Source: a virus. From it: a DNA stretch of 64,000 nucleotides. Below are positions 21,301 to 31,149 of this stretch, one piece after another (position 1 is the first letter of the stretch; each line of letters opens with the position of its first letter). Below the pieces are notes generated by a model. That model was given only the letters and a program-made list of their open reading frames with translations, ran no database searches and was not told the DNA's origin. The stretch spans positions 1 to 64,000 of the IMG/VR virus record IMGVR_UViG_3300031722_000008, one strand, 5' to 3'. The position numbers were made by a program, and so were the translations under genes.

Positions 21301-24300
21301 TTCAAGTCATTAATCAATACACTTCTATCCTCTTGTTTAGGAATTATAGGTCTTAAATAAGAAGGAGTAACAGGTAAATATTTAACCATTAAATCTTGTG
21401 GCTTTAAGTTATTGTGCTTTAACATCTCAAAAGCCTTAACTTTTTTGTAAGCTTTATTTATGTCGTCACCATTTTTTGCAACATCTAAATCTATTCTAGC
21501 TTTATCTAATGATTTATCTACATCAATATTTTTCAAAATATATTCTAATGCAGCACCACCTGTCTTATAAGGAATATTAACACCTTGTTCTTTTAGTTTA
21601 TCTAATACATCTATAGGAACTAATTGACCTGTCTTGAATCCATGTTCTTCCATATTAGCTTTGAATTGTTCCTTATACATCTTAACAAGTTCTGGATTCT
21701 CAATTCTAGATAATGATGATTCCATTTCAGAAACATCAGTAATAATAGCCTTAGGTCCTTTTTCTCCTGTCACTGTAGCTGGTGCAGCTAATTGTTTTAG
21801 CTCATCTCTCTTTAATCCAGTTATATGCTCATAAATATTATTAGAAGCATTTTCCATAAATAAAGGATTTGGTACAGGAATAGGAAGTTTTATATAACCC
21901 CACTTATCTCTATCTTCATCTGTTCCTTCACCGAAAATTTCAGAATCCATAAGTCCACCTTTTTGATCTGGTGCAGACTTTTTACTACTATCAGTTTTTG
22001 TATCCTTATCTCCGTATAACTTTCTAGCATCTAGTATTTTAGATTCGAATACTTCTTTATCCTTACCTATAGTTTTTATGAATTCTTCTTGATTTATAGG
22101 AGCTAAACCTAAACTATTAAATGGTTTATCAAGTGATGTTTGCACTCCATTGTACATAGGTTTAACATGAAGTCCTAATGTCTTTAATGAATCAATATAA
22201 ACTTTTAGAGTTTCAGGAGTTGCTGATTTAGATAATTCAGCAGCATCAAGATTACCTGTTGATATAGCTTTAAATATTGCAGCCTTGCCCTTAGAATCGC
22301 CACCACCATCAGCTTTGATAGTTTGGTTCTCTAATAGATTCCATGCTGCTCCATGACCTTGTAATGCTCTCATTTCCATTTCGCCCAATCTTTGAGGATT
22401 GAACTTTTCACCTTGAGCTGTTCCAGTTTCTTTTTTAGGCATATGAGTTTTAGATGTCAAAGAAGTTTCTCTGTTACTTCTCGATTGAATTTTATCATCA
22501 ACCTTATGCTTAAGTTTCATGATGTAACAATTACCAACTGTTACTGGATTTTCGATAGGAACATCAATAATATTTCCATCATCGTCTTCTTCCTTTAATG
22601 TAACTTTCATTTTTCCATCAGGGAATCCGATTTGTTTCAATCCTTCAAGAACTCTATCCTTTTCACGATGGTTAAAGTTATCAACAACAAATGTCTTACC
22701 AGTCTTTTCGGCAATAAGTCCTGCTGCTGCTTCAAGTAATTGTCCTGGGTTCTTTCTTGAAGGTACTGCAAGAGGTGACATCATTAAATCTAATGGCTTT
22801 CCATCTTCTGCTACAGGCATTAGATTGTCAGCTAACACTCTTGTTATTGTTCCTTTATTACCATGTCTACCTGCAATCTTATCTCCTTTTTTCAAAGCCT
22901 TTTTATTAACTATACTGAATATTACCTTTTGTTTATTAACAGCATCAGGACTATTAACAACGGTAATTCTTTCTATTTTACCAGCTACATATGAACCATG
23001 AGGTACATTCATTTCACTATATTTGTATTTAATTTTTCCACTACCTAATGAAATTAAATCAATGATATCATCTGATTCTTTTGTTATTTCTTTTAGATAT
23101 CCAACCAATACAGAGCCAGCTTTGATTTCTGTGCCGACTTTTATAATACCATCATTATCAAATAATGAAAGATTTGAATTTGTAGTTTCTTTCATTAATT
23201 CGCTTTTAATGTTACTTCCTTTTCCTCCTAATGCATTTTGAGGAATCATTATTTCTACTTCATTAAATTCATCAGAAGTCATTCTATTTGCAAAACTTTG
23301 AGATACAATAACACCATCTTCATAGTTATATCCTTTGTAAGGAACATACCCTATTCTAGTATTTAATCCCAATGCTAATTTTCCATCTTTTGTGTGCCAA
23401 CCCTCAGCAATTATTTGCCCTTGATTTACTTTATCTCCTACTTTAACTTTCAGCTCATTATTAATATAACTTTGATTTAAAGGATAATAATGATAGTAAG
23501 CATGAGGATACTCTTTCCCATCTTCTCCGATAACTATGATAGATGAGTTTGTTATAGTTTGAACTGTACCATTAACTGCTGCTCTAATTGGTTTACCTTG
23601 TTCTTCTCCAACCTTTTGATCGAAAGTTTCACCAGTATGCTTGTCAGCTAATGTTGTAACAAGTGCAGCTTGTCTATTAACTAAAGGTATTGCTTGTTTC
23701 TGCATGGCAGCACCCATAAGAGTTCTTGAACCATCATTATGAGCAACAAAGGGAATCATATTAGCTGATGTACCTAAGATAGATTGAGGTGATGCATCCA
23801 CATAATTAATTTTAGAGATTGGATACATTCCGTTCTTATTCATGTATCTAGCAGGAACTACATCTTCTGTAAATACATACTTATTACCATCTTTATTTAC
23901 ATATCTTGAATCATTGAAAGCTATGATATTTTCCTCTTCCTCATTAGGAGATAATCTTAGTTTATTGGCATCACTTATGATAGCCTCACCATTTAACACT
24001 CTTAGGAATTCAGATTTTATTGTATGATTTTCTATCCTAGCTCCAACAGTTAAATGTTGAGTAAAACCTATCTTTCCACTTTCAGGAGTTTCAACTGGGT
24101 CTATTTTATTTATTCCACTTTGAGTTAAATTTCTAGCATCAGTTTCATTTCTCATGGAATTCTTACTCATTCCGTCTGGTCCACCTTGAGTAATTTCTCT
24201 TTGTTTAGCCTCCATAAATAAAGGATTTATTTCTTCTGAAGCTAAGCAAAGTTCACTATTCATAAGACCATTTCTACCATTTAAATCATTGTGAATAGTA

Positions 24301-25340
24301 TTTTGCATACCAGTAAGTAAAGGTGCACCTTTCTTTGTTGAATCATAAGAAGTCATCTTAGTTTTTACTGACTCTAAAAATTTATCTATACCATTAACTA
24401 TTGATTCAAAAATTAAATCATTGTCACTGTATATTTCTTTATATTTTATTAAGTCTTTTGTATCTTCCTCAACAAGTCCTGTAGAAACTGATACAGTCTT
24501 TTTTACAGCTTTAGAAATAAGTTCTTTATTTAGATAAAGATTATTTGTAGTCTTACCTAGTGTTGAACTTATAGCTGAACCATCTCCAAATGTAGCATGT
24601 TGAGCAAAGAAAGCTAATATATTTTCTCTCTTCTTAGCATCACTTAGATTTTCTCCACTGACTGCTCTAGGGAAGAATATTTTATATAATGTATCTAATG
24701 ATTTTTCATTTCTTTTCTTTTGATTTATAGTCATTATTGCATCAGAAGCATCGCTATCGCCGAATGACTTTTTAATTTCTGCATCAGTAAAACCTAATAG
24801 TGTCATTAAATTTACAACATTAAATTTAATTGCTGCACCATAAGATTTTATTTCTGTATTGAATACCTTTGTTTCGGGATCTAATATCATTGTCATTGCT
24901 GGCATGAATGCTCCAGCTACCTTATTTCTTTCAAATCTAAGCTGAGTCTTGATATTCCCATTACTAGATTTATTAGTATAACATCCAGGTTTCATTCTCA
25001 TTTGAGATATTATATTTTTTTCAATTCCATTAACAAGATAGGTACCTCTTTCTGTTGCTACAGGAAAAGTTACCAATTTTGCATAATGTCCATTATGAAC
25101 CGATGTACCTGCTCCATTAGTAATTTTAATTGTACCAGAAACAAACCCCTCAGTATTCCCACTTCCTGAGTATTTCATGTTAAGTTGATTATCGATATTA
25201 TAATTTGATTCAGGAATATTAACTTTTAAATTATCAATGTTAAGTTGTAATCCATGCTCACCTTTTAGGGGTAAACTTCCATTAATATATTTAACTATTC
25301 GATTCGCTAATTCTGTTGATTTATCAATCATTCTATTCAC
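18354..25340 (-). CDS. rpoBC: Single-polypeptide fused beta-beta' DNA-directed RNA polymerase (bacterial type)
   Basis: beta motifs PVETPE, GYNYED, GDKIAGRHGNKG, KLKHKVDDKIQSR, QRLGEME, then beta' motifs KRVDFSGRSVI, NRQPSLH, NADFDGD (20676-20696), SGAR, CxxxxGxCxxCYG, GEPVTQMTMNTFHTGG, all in one ORF. Confidence 0.97.
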   Translation of the reverse strand: MNRMIDKSTELANRIVKYINGSLPLKGEHGLQLNIDNLKVNIPESNYNIDNQLNMKYSGSGNTEGFVSGTIKITNGAGTSVHNGHYAKLVTFPVATERGTYLVNGIEKNIISQMRMKPGCYTNKSSNGNIKTQLRFERNKVAGAFMPAMTMILDPETKVFNTEIKSYGAAIKFNVVNLMTLLGFTDAEIKKSFGDSDASDAIMTINQKKRNEKSLDTLYKIFFPRAVSGENLSDAKKRENILAFFAQHATFGDGSAISSTLGKTTNNLYLNKELISKAVKKTVSVSTGLVEEDTKDLIKYKEIYSDNDLIFESIVNGIDKFLESVKTKMTSYDSTKKGAPLLTGMQNTIHNDLNGRNGLMNSELCLASEEINPLFMEAKQREITQGGPDGMSKNSMRNETDARNLTQSGINKIDPVETPESGKIGFTQHLTVGARIENHTIKSEFLRVLNGEAIISDANKLRLSPNEEEENIIAFNDSRYVNKDGNKYVFTEDVVPARYMNKNGMYPISKINYVDASPQSILGTSANMIPFVAHNDGSRTLMGAAMQKQAIPLVNRQAALVTTLADKHTGETFDQKVGEEQGKPIRAAVNGTVQTITNSSIIVIGEDGKEYPHAYYHYYPLNQSYINNELKVKVGDKVNQGQIIAEGWHTKDGKLALGLNTRIGYVPYKGYNYEDGVIVSQSFANRMTSDEFNEVEIMIPQNALGGKGSNIKSELMKETTNSNLSLFDNDGIIKVGTEIKAGSVLVGYLKEITKESDDIIDLISLGSGKIKYKYSEMNVPHGSYVAGKIERITVVNSPDAVNKQKVIFSIVNKKALKKGDKIAGRHGNKGTITRVLADNLMPVAEDGKPLDLMMSPLAVPSRKNPGQLLEAAAGLIAEKTGKTFVVDNFNHREKDRVLEGLKQIGFPDGKMKVTLKEEDDDGNIIDVPIENPVTVGNCYIMKLKHKVDDKIQSRSNRETSLTSKTHMPKKETGTAQGEKFNPQRLGEMEMRALQGHGAAWNLLENQTIKADGGGDSKGKAAIFKAISTGNLDAAELSKSATPETLKVYIDSLKTLGLHVKPMYNGVQTSLDKPFNSLGLAPINQEEFIKTIGKDKEVFESKILDARKLYGDKDTKTDSSKKSAPDQKGGLMDSEIFGEGTDEDRDKWGYIKLPIPVPNPLFMENASNNIYEHITGLKRDELKQLAAPATVTGEKGPKAIITDVSEMESSLSRIENPELVKMYKEQFKANMEEHGFKTGQLVPIDVLDKLKEQGVNIPYKTGGAALEYILKNIDVDKSLDKARIDLDVAKNGDDINKAYKKVKAFEMLKHNNLKPQDLMVKYLPVTPSYLRPIIPKQEDRSVLINDLNKLYSKVLSAKQVAEREAVLDNNGNVDGTGLAPKDLAQRSKVMYDSLKMLQGHIDAKDGDKTITSMKDTLSSKAGLVRKEMLAKRVDFSGRSVITVDPNLRLDEVGVPLDMAKQLYKPFIIKGLVDKGICKNDIEAESRVNKPDQEVKKIIQEIASDRLLFLNRQPSLHKYSIQAMKPVIKEYEDGGVVRSLQLNPLVVTGYNADFDGDTMAAHVPVTEKAKEEARRLAMPSHNLINPTDGKMVIEIRHEMALGIYQLTNHWDKPKGTVKSYANEKDLRKDYLMGRVNHDSKVRVPICMQETTAGQALFNWVIPERIKKYRDFRKVWTKDEVMKMLIKTYEESELTGFKLMSKVEIANLFDAVKDLGFKASTRTGLSLGVKDFTFDKNVTSEINKITAKGDSTDPESWKKVENEIEGKLKGGLLPSDNPLQVMMSSGARANAQQIRKMFSTIGVGMDVSLKTLSPIRNSHFDGLSPQDYYTLGRDSRKGMYDRSVSTEAPGALTRDVWSTTQDLVVTEKDCGTKEFINLSKNDKTIKGRYAGQDIKDSTGRVICKRNQIITGEMYNAIFKDDTIEYVPVRSPLRCKTPHGKCQHCYGAMAGTIQPVKIGTAVGVIASQAIGEPVTQMTMNTFHTGGANSAATLGLPRVNNILDLSSKPSNKAVLAEQSGTVDSVTETPNEITIMIGKRKHVIKKVLGQTPPALKVKRGDVVEKGDFLTVGDSSDIVATMDNNKTTLVLTNADPSKLFKLRAEANGQHEAVNYTRDYLANSMQYAIKASNAYMDRRHAETIVSKLTGTAQITDSGDSSFMKGQKGDVNLYDRWNKENCTGTKTVDISPVDATQLLGRTLATDIIIGGKLVAKKGSIITSENVALLSKYTEKVKVLYKPIEYQVLLQGKMPASVTGNWFGDMGSRNSGGLMGTLASGAEMGAVDNLQDPRARLMAGKMLNIGAGAELKDEFKDKYTNKMSNFFNNKIDVNKYLK

Positions 25341-25343
25341 TCC

Positions 25344-25508
25344 TTATTCATAACGTTCAATTTCAAGAAGATATAAGATCGTTCCTTCCTTTGGACAAGG
25401 GGAAATTACCTTATTGGTAATGTCTACCATATCATCATTTAATAATTCATTCAGAAGTCTTTCTTCTGCAGGAAGAGTATATACTTTCACCTCTTTTTTC
25501 TTCTTCAT
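25344..25508 (-). CDS. Small protein (54 aa) immediately upstream of the RNAP gene
   Basis: Manual ORF MKKKKEVKVYTLPAEERLLNELLNDDMVDITNKVISPCPKEGTILYLLEIERYE; its stop abuts the RNAP RBS. Confidence 0.6.
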   Translation of the reverse strand: MKKKKEVKVYTLPAEERLLNELLNDDMVDITNKVISPCPKEGTILYLLEIERYE

Positions 25509-25551
25509 TTTACCACACCCCAATCCATTTTTCTATTTAACCCTACACTAA

Positions 25552-25566
25552 GTATAAGATATTAAA
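25552..25566 (+). promoter_or_regulatory. GTATAAGATATTAAA motif with no substantial downstream gene
   Basis: Exact copy; terminator about 30 nt downstream. Confidence 0.75.
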
Positions 25567-25596
25567 GAAGAAATATAAACAGGGAAAGATGTATAA

Positions 25597-25630
25597 ATTA
25601 AAAACGAGGGCATTGCCCTCGTTTTTAATT
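25597..25630. terminator. Bidirectional terminator after the portal gene
   Basis: aattaaaaacgagggc-att-gccctcgtttttaatt. Confidence 0.85.
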
Positions 25631-27501
25631 TAGCTTTCTCTTCTTGGTGGTTTTTGATTAGGTAATGGTCTCATGTCAATTTTATCTTTAGATTGTTTAG
25701 TTTGTTTAGTTTGCTCTAATTCAGCTAATCTCTTTTCTACCATGCCTTTAGCTTCCATTGGTATCTTGGATAAATATTGGGTTTGTTGTTCTTTAGGCAT
25801 TTTAATTAAGCTAAGAGCTATCCTGTTTACTTCTTTCTCAACATCACCATTGTTTTGTTGTCCCTCTTGAGGTTGTTGAGACTGCTTACTTTCCCCTGCT
25901 TGTTGATTAGTGGCTTGTTGTTCACCAGTTCCTCCAGATTGAGGAGCTTGTTGTTCTTCAGGATTAATATTAACTCCGTATTGCTGTGCAAGTTTTTGTT
26001 GCATTGCTTGTAATTTAAACTGCATTTCCATTTGTTTTATTTGGAGTTGTTCCTGTAGCTCCATAGATTCTATTTGCATTTTAATCTTCTCATTTTCGGC
26101 TTTCGTTTGAAGAAGTAGAGCATCCATAGTTTCCTTTTCGATGGCTTCTTTCATCTTATCAGAATCCATACCCATTGCTTTCCACATATAATCATTAGAA
26201 CATTTATTTGCACTATTCAACTGAATAATTAATTGTTTTTGTTGAACATCATCTTGCATTTTTAGGTCAGACATTTTTACTGAAAGTAATGCATCATCAT
26301 CTTCTTCTGATAACCATTCACCCCTGGCTTTTGCCATACCCCTAATTATAAAGTTTTGCATAAAATCTTCTAAAAGAAGTCTATATGTTATAAATTGATT
26401 TTCTAATATTCTAAGAGATATTGAACTTCCTGAATAACTTACTCCACCGAAAATAAATTCTTTAGGCATATTCATACCAGCTAAGATTTCAGATTGAACT
26501 TGGTCTATTTCAGGAGCAAGTAATAAACTTCTTCCTTCTCCACCAACATTTATAACATTAACTGGTACTGGAGATACAACTTTATAGTTAGGATCCCTAA
26601 CAGATTTTTTTATTTGGTCAGCTAAGTCCTGTGCTGTTTTATTCCAATCAGCTTGAATGTTAACAGTATTTGTTCTATCAAGATAATATATTCTCATTGG
26701 CACTATATGCTCTCTAGCGATAGCCTCTTGTGCTTGCCTAAGAACATTTCTGTACATCAATAGTTTTAGTACGTTTGCTACTACAGGAACTCCCCAGACG
26801 CTATTATCACCCATAGAATCGGTCGCTCTACTGAAATGATAAACATTATCAGGGTTTAGTATGATACTTTTATTTTTTCTAACAGCTTGTTTCATAAGTT
26901 CTGGTATTTTTTCATATTCAGCTTTCGGTTGTTTCTTTGTTACTATATCTCTTATTTTTTGAGGAATAGTCCATCGAAATGTCTTACTTCCTGTAGCTGG
27001 ATTATAATCTATAATCATTTTCGAAGGATCTAATCTAATCATATTAGTCCATTCTTTTTCACCCTTAGAGTTTCCTCCAAGCTCACCCATAACAAAGCAA
27101 TTTCCATATAAAAAGTAATCTATCCCTATCTCTATAAGTAATTTATGAAGATTAAGATTTTTAAATAAAACCTTCTCATAGAGTTTAACTGAATCTGATT
27201 TTTCTTTACTTTTATTTTCATCATCTTCTAGTGTAACTTCGGATACAGGGAATGTAGCTAACGCATTGATAGCTCCACTTATTAATGGATCAAATGTATA
27301 GTAATATTTACACCATTTAAATACATCTATAGTTGATTCAGGTAATTGCATATCAGAAAGATTTAAAAAAGGTGATGGATATGGATTTTGCATATTACCT
27401 CTGAATGAGGCTACCTTTTCTTGCGAACCTTCAATGGCTGCATTAAGTTCTTTCTCTAACATGGCTTTTTTATCTTTCTCATCTAAAAACCCTTTACTCA
27501 T
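25630..27501 (-). CDS. Putative portal protein with Gln-rich C-terminal extension
   Basis: DPLISGAIN, DYFLYGNCF, RLDP, NVYHF, WGVP, ILAGMNMP portal-like pattern; near terminase and protease. Confidence 0.75.
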   Translation of the reverse strand: MSKGFLDEKDKKAMLEKELNAAIEGSQEKVASFRGNMQNPYPSPFLNLSDMQLPESTIDVFKWCKYYYTFDPLISGAINALATFPVSEVTLEDDENKSKEKSDSVKLYEKVLFKNLNLHKLLIEIGIDYFLYGNCFVMGELGGNSKGEKEWTNMIRLDPSKMIIDYNPATGSKTFRWTIPQKIRDIVTKKQPKAEYEKIPELMKQAVRKNKSIILNPDNVYHFSRATDSMGDNSVWGVPVVANVLKLLMYRNVLRQAQEAIAREHIVPMRIYYLDRTNTVNIQADWNKTAQDLADQIKKSVRDPNYKVVSPVPVNVINVGGEGRSLLLAPEIDQVQSEILAGMNMPKEFIFGGVSYSGSSISLRILENQFITYRLLLEDFMQNFIIRGMAKARGEWLSEEDDDALLSVKMSDLKMQDDVQQKQLIIQLNSANKCSNDYMWKAMGMDSDKMKEAIEKETMDALLLQTKAENEKIKMQIESMELQEQLQIKQMEMQFKLQAMQQKLAQQYGVNINPEEQQAPQSGGTGEQQATNQQAGESKQSQQPQEGQQNNGDVEKEVNRIALSLIKMPKEQQTQYLSKIPMEAKGMVEKRLAELEQTKQTKQSKDKIDMRPLPNQKPPRRES

Positions 27502-27504
27502 TTA

Positions 27505-29424
27505 TTATTCCCCCTCAGGCCTTACAATATTATAAGTCGAAAGTTGGTTTTGGATAGTTTTGTTATAAAAATCTAAAGCACTATCTAAAGCCATATTCAA
27601 AACAACTTGTCTTTTTATTATAGCAGATAAATCTTGCTTTATTGATTTTTTTGAAATTATTACATCAATTAAATCTCCATTAATCATTTGATTAGCACTC
27701 ATATTTGGATTATCAGCCATATATCTTCTTATCGATTTTAAAATAATCATTGAGTTATCAGCTATATATTCACATTTTGAATTTATTTCTTCGTCTAATT
27801 GTGCATCGTCCGAACTTAATGTCATTTTACCTTTAATTGCTTTTAATAGGGCTTCATTGAGTATTTGATTAAACATTGGCTCTGTAAGTGAACCAACTAT
27901 ACTTGTTGGATTATATATATAAATCTCTTGATCTGATAGAACATCACAGATGTAGTTCACTGCTTCTCTTGAAAAATTATCATAAATATCATCATATGGA
28001 GTTACCCTATCTAAGGCATCTATAGTAAAAGCAATATCTTGAATTTTAACATTATCTTTTTCTGACGATAAGAAATCTACGGATTTAGACGATAAACTTA
28101 GTATTGTTTTTTCGAAAGCATAAGCATTCGTATATGGGCTTTCTGATTGATTTGCTACTAGAATAGTCATTATTTTATTAAGATTTGATTCAGGTATATC
28201 TTCAACATTAAACTCTTTCTTTATAATTGACTCGATTGCACCTATATCATAAGTTAACCAATCAACTCCTAGTTTTGATGTTATAAATAAATACAGTACA
28301 ACTGGGTGAGTATCCGATGATTGTATGCAGTTGGAATAAGATGTTTGTGCTATATTTACTTCTGCTAACTTTTCTATTGCAGATTCTATAGTTACTTCAT
28401 TAGATTGTTTAACCATGTTTTTTATATTATTAACAAAATAATTTTTGAAATATTTAATATCCTGTTTTATGAAGTGTTGATAACCATCCTCATTCATAGA
28501 GATTAAAGGCAATGTACTTACTAATTGATTTTCTAGAGAAAACACAACTCTATCAGGAAAAAATCCTACTTTGATATTACTCATAACATATCCTGGGTTC
28601 TCTAGCTTTCTCTTTATTTCTTTAATATTTTCGCTACTACTATTTAATCCTAATGAGCTTTTTATTCCAGTAATAAATCCTGCATACTTAGTGAATGGTC
28701 TTTCTAAAACTAAATCTATATGTTCCACCTCAGAATCATTTTCCATATCACTAACAACAGCACTTGCTAATTTTTCTTTAATATCATTACCAATAAAAAA
28801 TTCTCCACTTTTTTTAGCTAATGATATTAAATCCACTTCACTTATATCATCTAAAAAAGAGGTGTCACTAGCATCTTTAGATATTGAATCTTTGATACCT
28901 AATTGTTTTCTTACGAAATTCTTAGTAAAACCTTGCTCTGCAATTTGCATTTCAGAATACATTTTGCTCATAAGTAAATTCTTGAAGTATTCCTCATTCT
29001 TGTTTTTCCATGCCATCTTCATATCAGAGTTCATTTCATTAGTTTCTATAGTATCGAGAGTAAATGGTTTATTTTTATTGTTTACTGTATAGATAGCACT
29101 AACAGGAGTAAATACAACTTTCAAATTGTTTGCTACTGAATTGACTTGATTGTAATAATTCCCATCAATTCTTGGCATCTCTTTATTTCTTCTTACATTT
29201 TCTTGAAGTACTCTTTTCTCATTTTCCTTTTCAATATTATTTTTAGCCATAAGTCCACCAACAATTGCTCCGAAAATTGCCCCAGGAGTTACCCCTATTT
29301 TTTTCTGTGGAGATGTTGGCCAATCAATTTGTGGTCTTCTTGATTCAGTAACTCCATCGGGAATTGGAAAACCATAGTCGCCATTAGGTATGAAATTATG
29401 ATTATATTTATAATTTTCGTTCAT
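27505..29424 (-). CDS. Putative virion protein
   Basis: 639 aa; hydrophobic GAIFGAIVGGL segment; several KxA motifs. Confidence 0.7.
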   Translation of the reverse strand: MNENYKYNHNFIPNGDYGFPIPDGVTESRRPQIDWPTSPQKKIGVTPGAIFGAIVGGLMAKNNIEKENEKRVLQENVRRNKEMPRIDGNYYNQVNSVANNLKVVFTPVSAIYTVNNKNKPFTLDTIETNEMNSDMKMAWKNKNEEYFKNLLMSKMYSEMQIAEQGFTKNFVRKQLGIKDSISKDASDTSFLDDISEVDLISLAKKSGEFFIGNDIKEKLASAVVSDMENDSEVEHIDLVLERPFTKYAGFITGIKSSLGLNSSSENIKEIKRKLENPGYVMSNIKVGFFPDRVVFSLENQLVSTLPLISMNEDGYQHFIKQDIKYFKNYFVNNIKNMVKQSNEVTIESAIEKLAEVNIAQTSYSNCIQSSDTHPVVLYLFITSKLGVDWLTYDIGAIESIIKKEFNVEDIPESNLNKIMTILVANQSESPYTNAYAFEKTILSLSSKSVDFLSSEKDNVKIQDIAFTIDALDRVTPYDDIYDNFSREAVNYICDVLSDQEIYIYNPTSIVGSLTEPMFNQILNEALLKAIKGKMTLSSDDAQLDEEINSKCEYIADNSMIILKSIRRYMADNPNMSANQMINGDLIDVIISKKSIKQDLSAIIKRQVVLNMALDSALDFYNKTIQNQLSTYNIVRPEGE

Positions 29425-29473
29425 ATTATAAAACAGACAGAGATACTCTGTCTGTTCGCACCTCCCTTATTAT

Positions 29474-29620
29474 TTATTTTCTGTTAGCATCTGAACCTGT
29501 TTCTTTTGCAGACACTTTCTTTTCTCTTTCTGATTGTGTATCAGAAGTATCTGATTTAACATTAGCACAACCAAAAGGCATAAATCCTGGATGACCTTTT
29601 AACTTATTCATATCAGTCAT
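29474..29620 (-). CDS. Small hypothetical protein (48 aa)
   Basis: GGAGGTG RBS; MTDMNKLKGHPGFMPFGCANVKSD... Confidence 0.6.
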   Translation of the reverse strand: MTDMNKLKGHPGFMPFGCANVKSDTSDTQSEREKKVSAKETGSDANRK

Positions 29621-29688
29621 TTAATTCACCTCCATAAATTCTTTACATTTAAATTCTATAACATTATCTGTTATCAGTAAACAAATAA

Positions 29689-31071
29689 TTATTTTTGCAT
29701 TCTAAAATTCTTCTTTACTCCATTACCGATAGATATTTTATTGGTCTTAATTCTGCTCGAATCACCTAACATATGATTAATATCTTTATCCGCATTGTCA
29801 GCAACATCACCAATATCAAAACCATTAGTACGTGTATCTGCTTGTTTTGATAATGCAGTATCTAGTTGTTTGGATATATCTCTTTTAATTTTTCTTTTTG
29901 TGCCATCGCCACTAACCTGAATGACTATTCCGTTAGCCATGCTATTTTGCATATTAGACTTATTGCTACGGCTATCTTCTAATCTTCCGAAAGAATTTGT
30001 AATATCTCTTCCGGTTGCAGCCATCAATGCAGCAGGGAAAATTGTTCTACCTAATCCCTCGACACCTTTTTCTAAATTCATTTTAACTTCACCCTCAACT
30101 TTAGGTGACATTTTGAATCCTGCTACTTTTTCAGGATCATCTTTTTTTTTTGGTTCTTTTTCAAATCCACGCCTTAAATTTCTACCAAGAGCAAAACTTA
30201 AAGCTGCTGGAGCTACATAATAAGGAATTGATTCTTTTCCTTTTTGAAGAAAGTGTTCATTCAATAATTTTTTTCCATATTCAGCATCGAAGCTAGCTAA
30301 CTTTTCTAAATCTAAAAGTTCATCAGAAGCTTTCTTTTTCCTCTTAAGTCCTTTATTGACTTGCGCAGCAACATCAACTACAACCTTTCCAGCCTTACTA
30401 TTATTTTTCACTACTCTTAATGGATATTTCATCATTTTATCGCCTGCAATGCTAGCCATAACACCCGCAGGTTTAAGTACTTTTTTGTGACTTAATGCAT
30501 TCAGTATTAATCCTGCACTAATACCTGTACCTATAGTATTGTATTCTAAATCTTTCTCAGGACTTCTCTCTTTATCGAATCGTTTCATTGTTTTTGTGGT
30601 TGCAACACCTGCACCCATCATACCCAATAAAGCTGGTATAGTTACTTTTCCAGCCCTAGCACCTTCTTTTAATGTCTCTTTTACGTTTTTATTTTTCGCA
30701 TTTTGAACCATATTTTTCAAATGCTCTGTATTTTTGGTATCTAAATCATCCACCTTACTCTTAACTTTGTTAATGCCTTTTTTTGCATCGTAAGAAAAGT
30801 TATGAACTATTCTTCTTACATCATTCCCACTTGGAATCTTCATTCCAGCCTGTTTACAAAGAAGATCAAGTGTTTCAGATGCTGTTACACCTGGACCTGA
30901 TATCATAGCATTATTTAATCCATTCTTATGAGTTATATTTTTTGAAACTGTAGTACCCATCATAGCATCATATTTATTTTCAGAATTATTATAGGTAGTC
31001 TTTGTTTTCTTAGCTCCATCAATAGCATCCATTGTGCCAAATATAGCATTTAATCCAGCTTGCTTATACAT
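29689..31071 (-). CDS. KxA-punctuated putative virion polyprotein with hydrophobic segments
   Basis: Likely start MYKQA; CKQA, KKKA, LEKLA, EKVA, SKQA; several Gly/Ala-rich helices. Confidence 0.75.
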   Translation of the reverse strand: MYKQAGLNAIFGTMDAIDGAKKTKTTYNNSENKYDAMMGTTVSKNITHKNGLNNAMISGPGVTASETLDLLCKQAGMKIPSGNDVRRIVHNFSYDAKKGINKVKSKVDDLDTKNTEHLKNMVQNAKNKNVKETLKEGARAGKVTIPALLGMMGAGVATTKTMKRFDKERSPEKDLEYNTIGTGISAGLILNALSHKKVLKPAGVMASIAGDKMMKYPLRVVKNNSKAGKVVVDVAAQVNKGLKRKKKASDELLDLEKLASFDAEYGKKLLNEHFLQKGKESIPYYVAPAALSFALGRNLRRGFEKEPKKKDDPEKVAGFKMSPKVEGEVKMNLEKGVEGLGRTIFPAALMAATGRDITNSFGRLEDSRSNKSNMQNSMANGIVIQVSGDGTKRKIKRDISKQLDTALSKQADTRTNGFDIGDVADNADKDINHMLGDSSRIKTNKISIGNGVKKNFRMQK

Positions 31072-31149
31072 ATTTATCCTCCTATTCTCTTCGTTATAAT
31101 ACAAAAGGCATTCCCTTGTAATTTGGGAATGCCTTTTACTCAAGGGATT

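Noticed and set aside
18382-24027. Short plus-strand ORFs antisense to the RNAP gene (and similar shadows such as 28571..29092, 32108..32458, 62317..62880)
   Set aside because: Antisense shadows of long conserved genes, with no RBS or recognisable motifs
18354-25340. Host chromosomal rpoBC contamination or chimera
   Set aside because: Flanked by portal and phage genes with similar composition; no rplL/rpsL context; fused and lacking the ZBD
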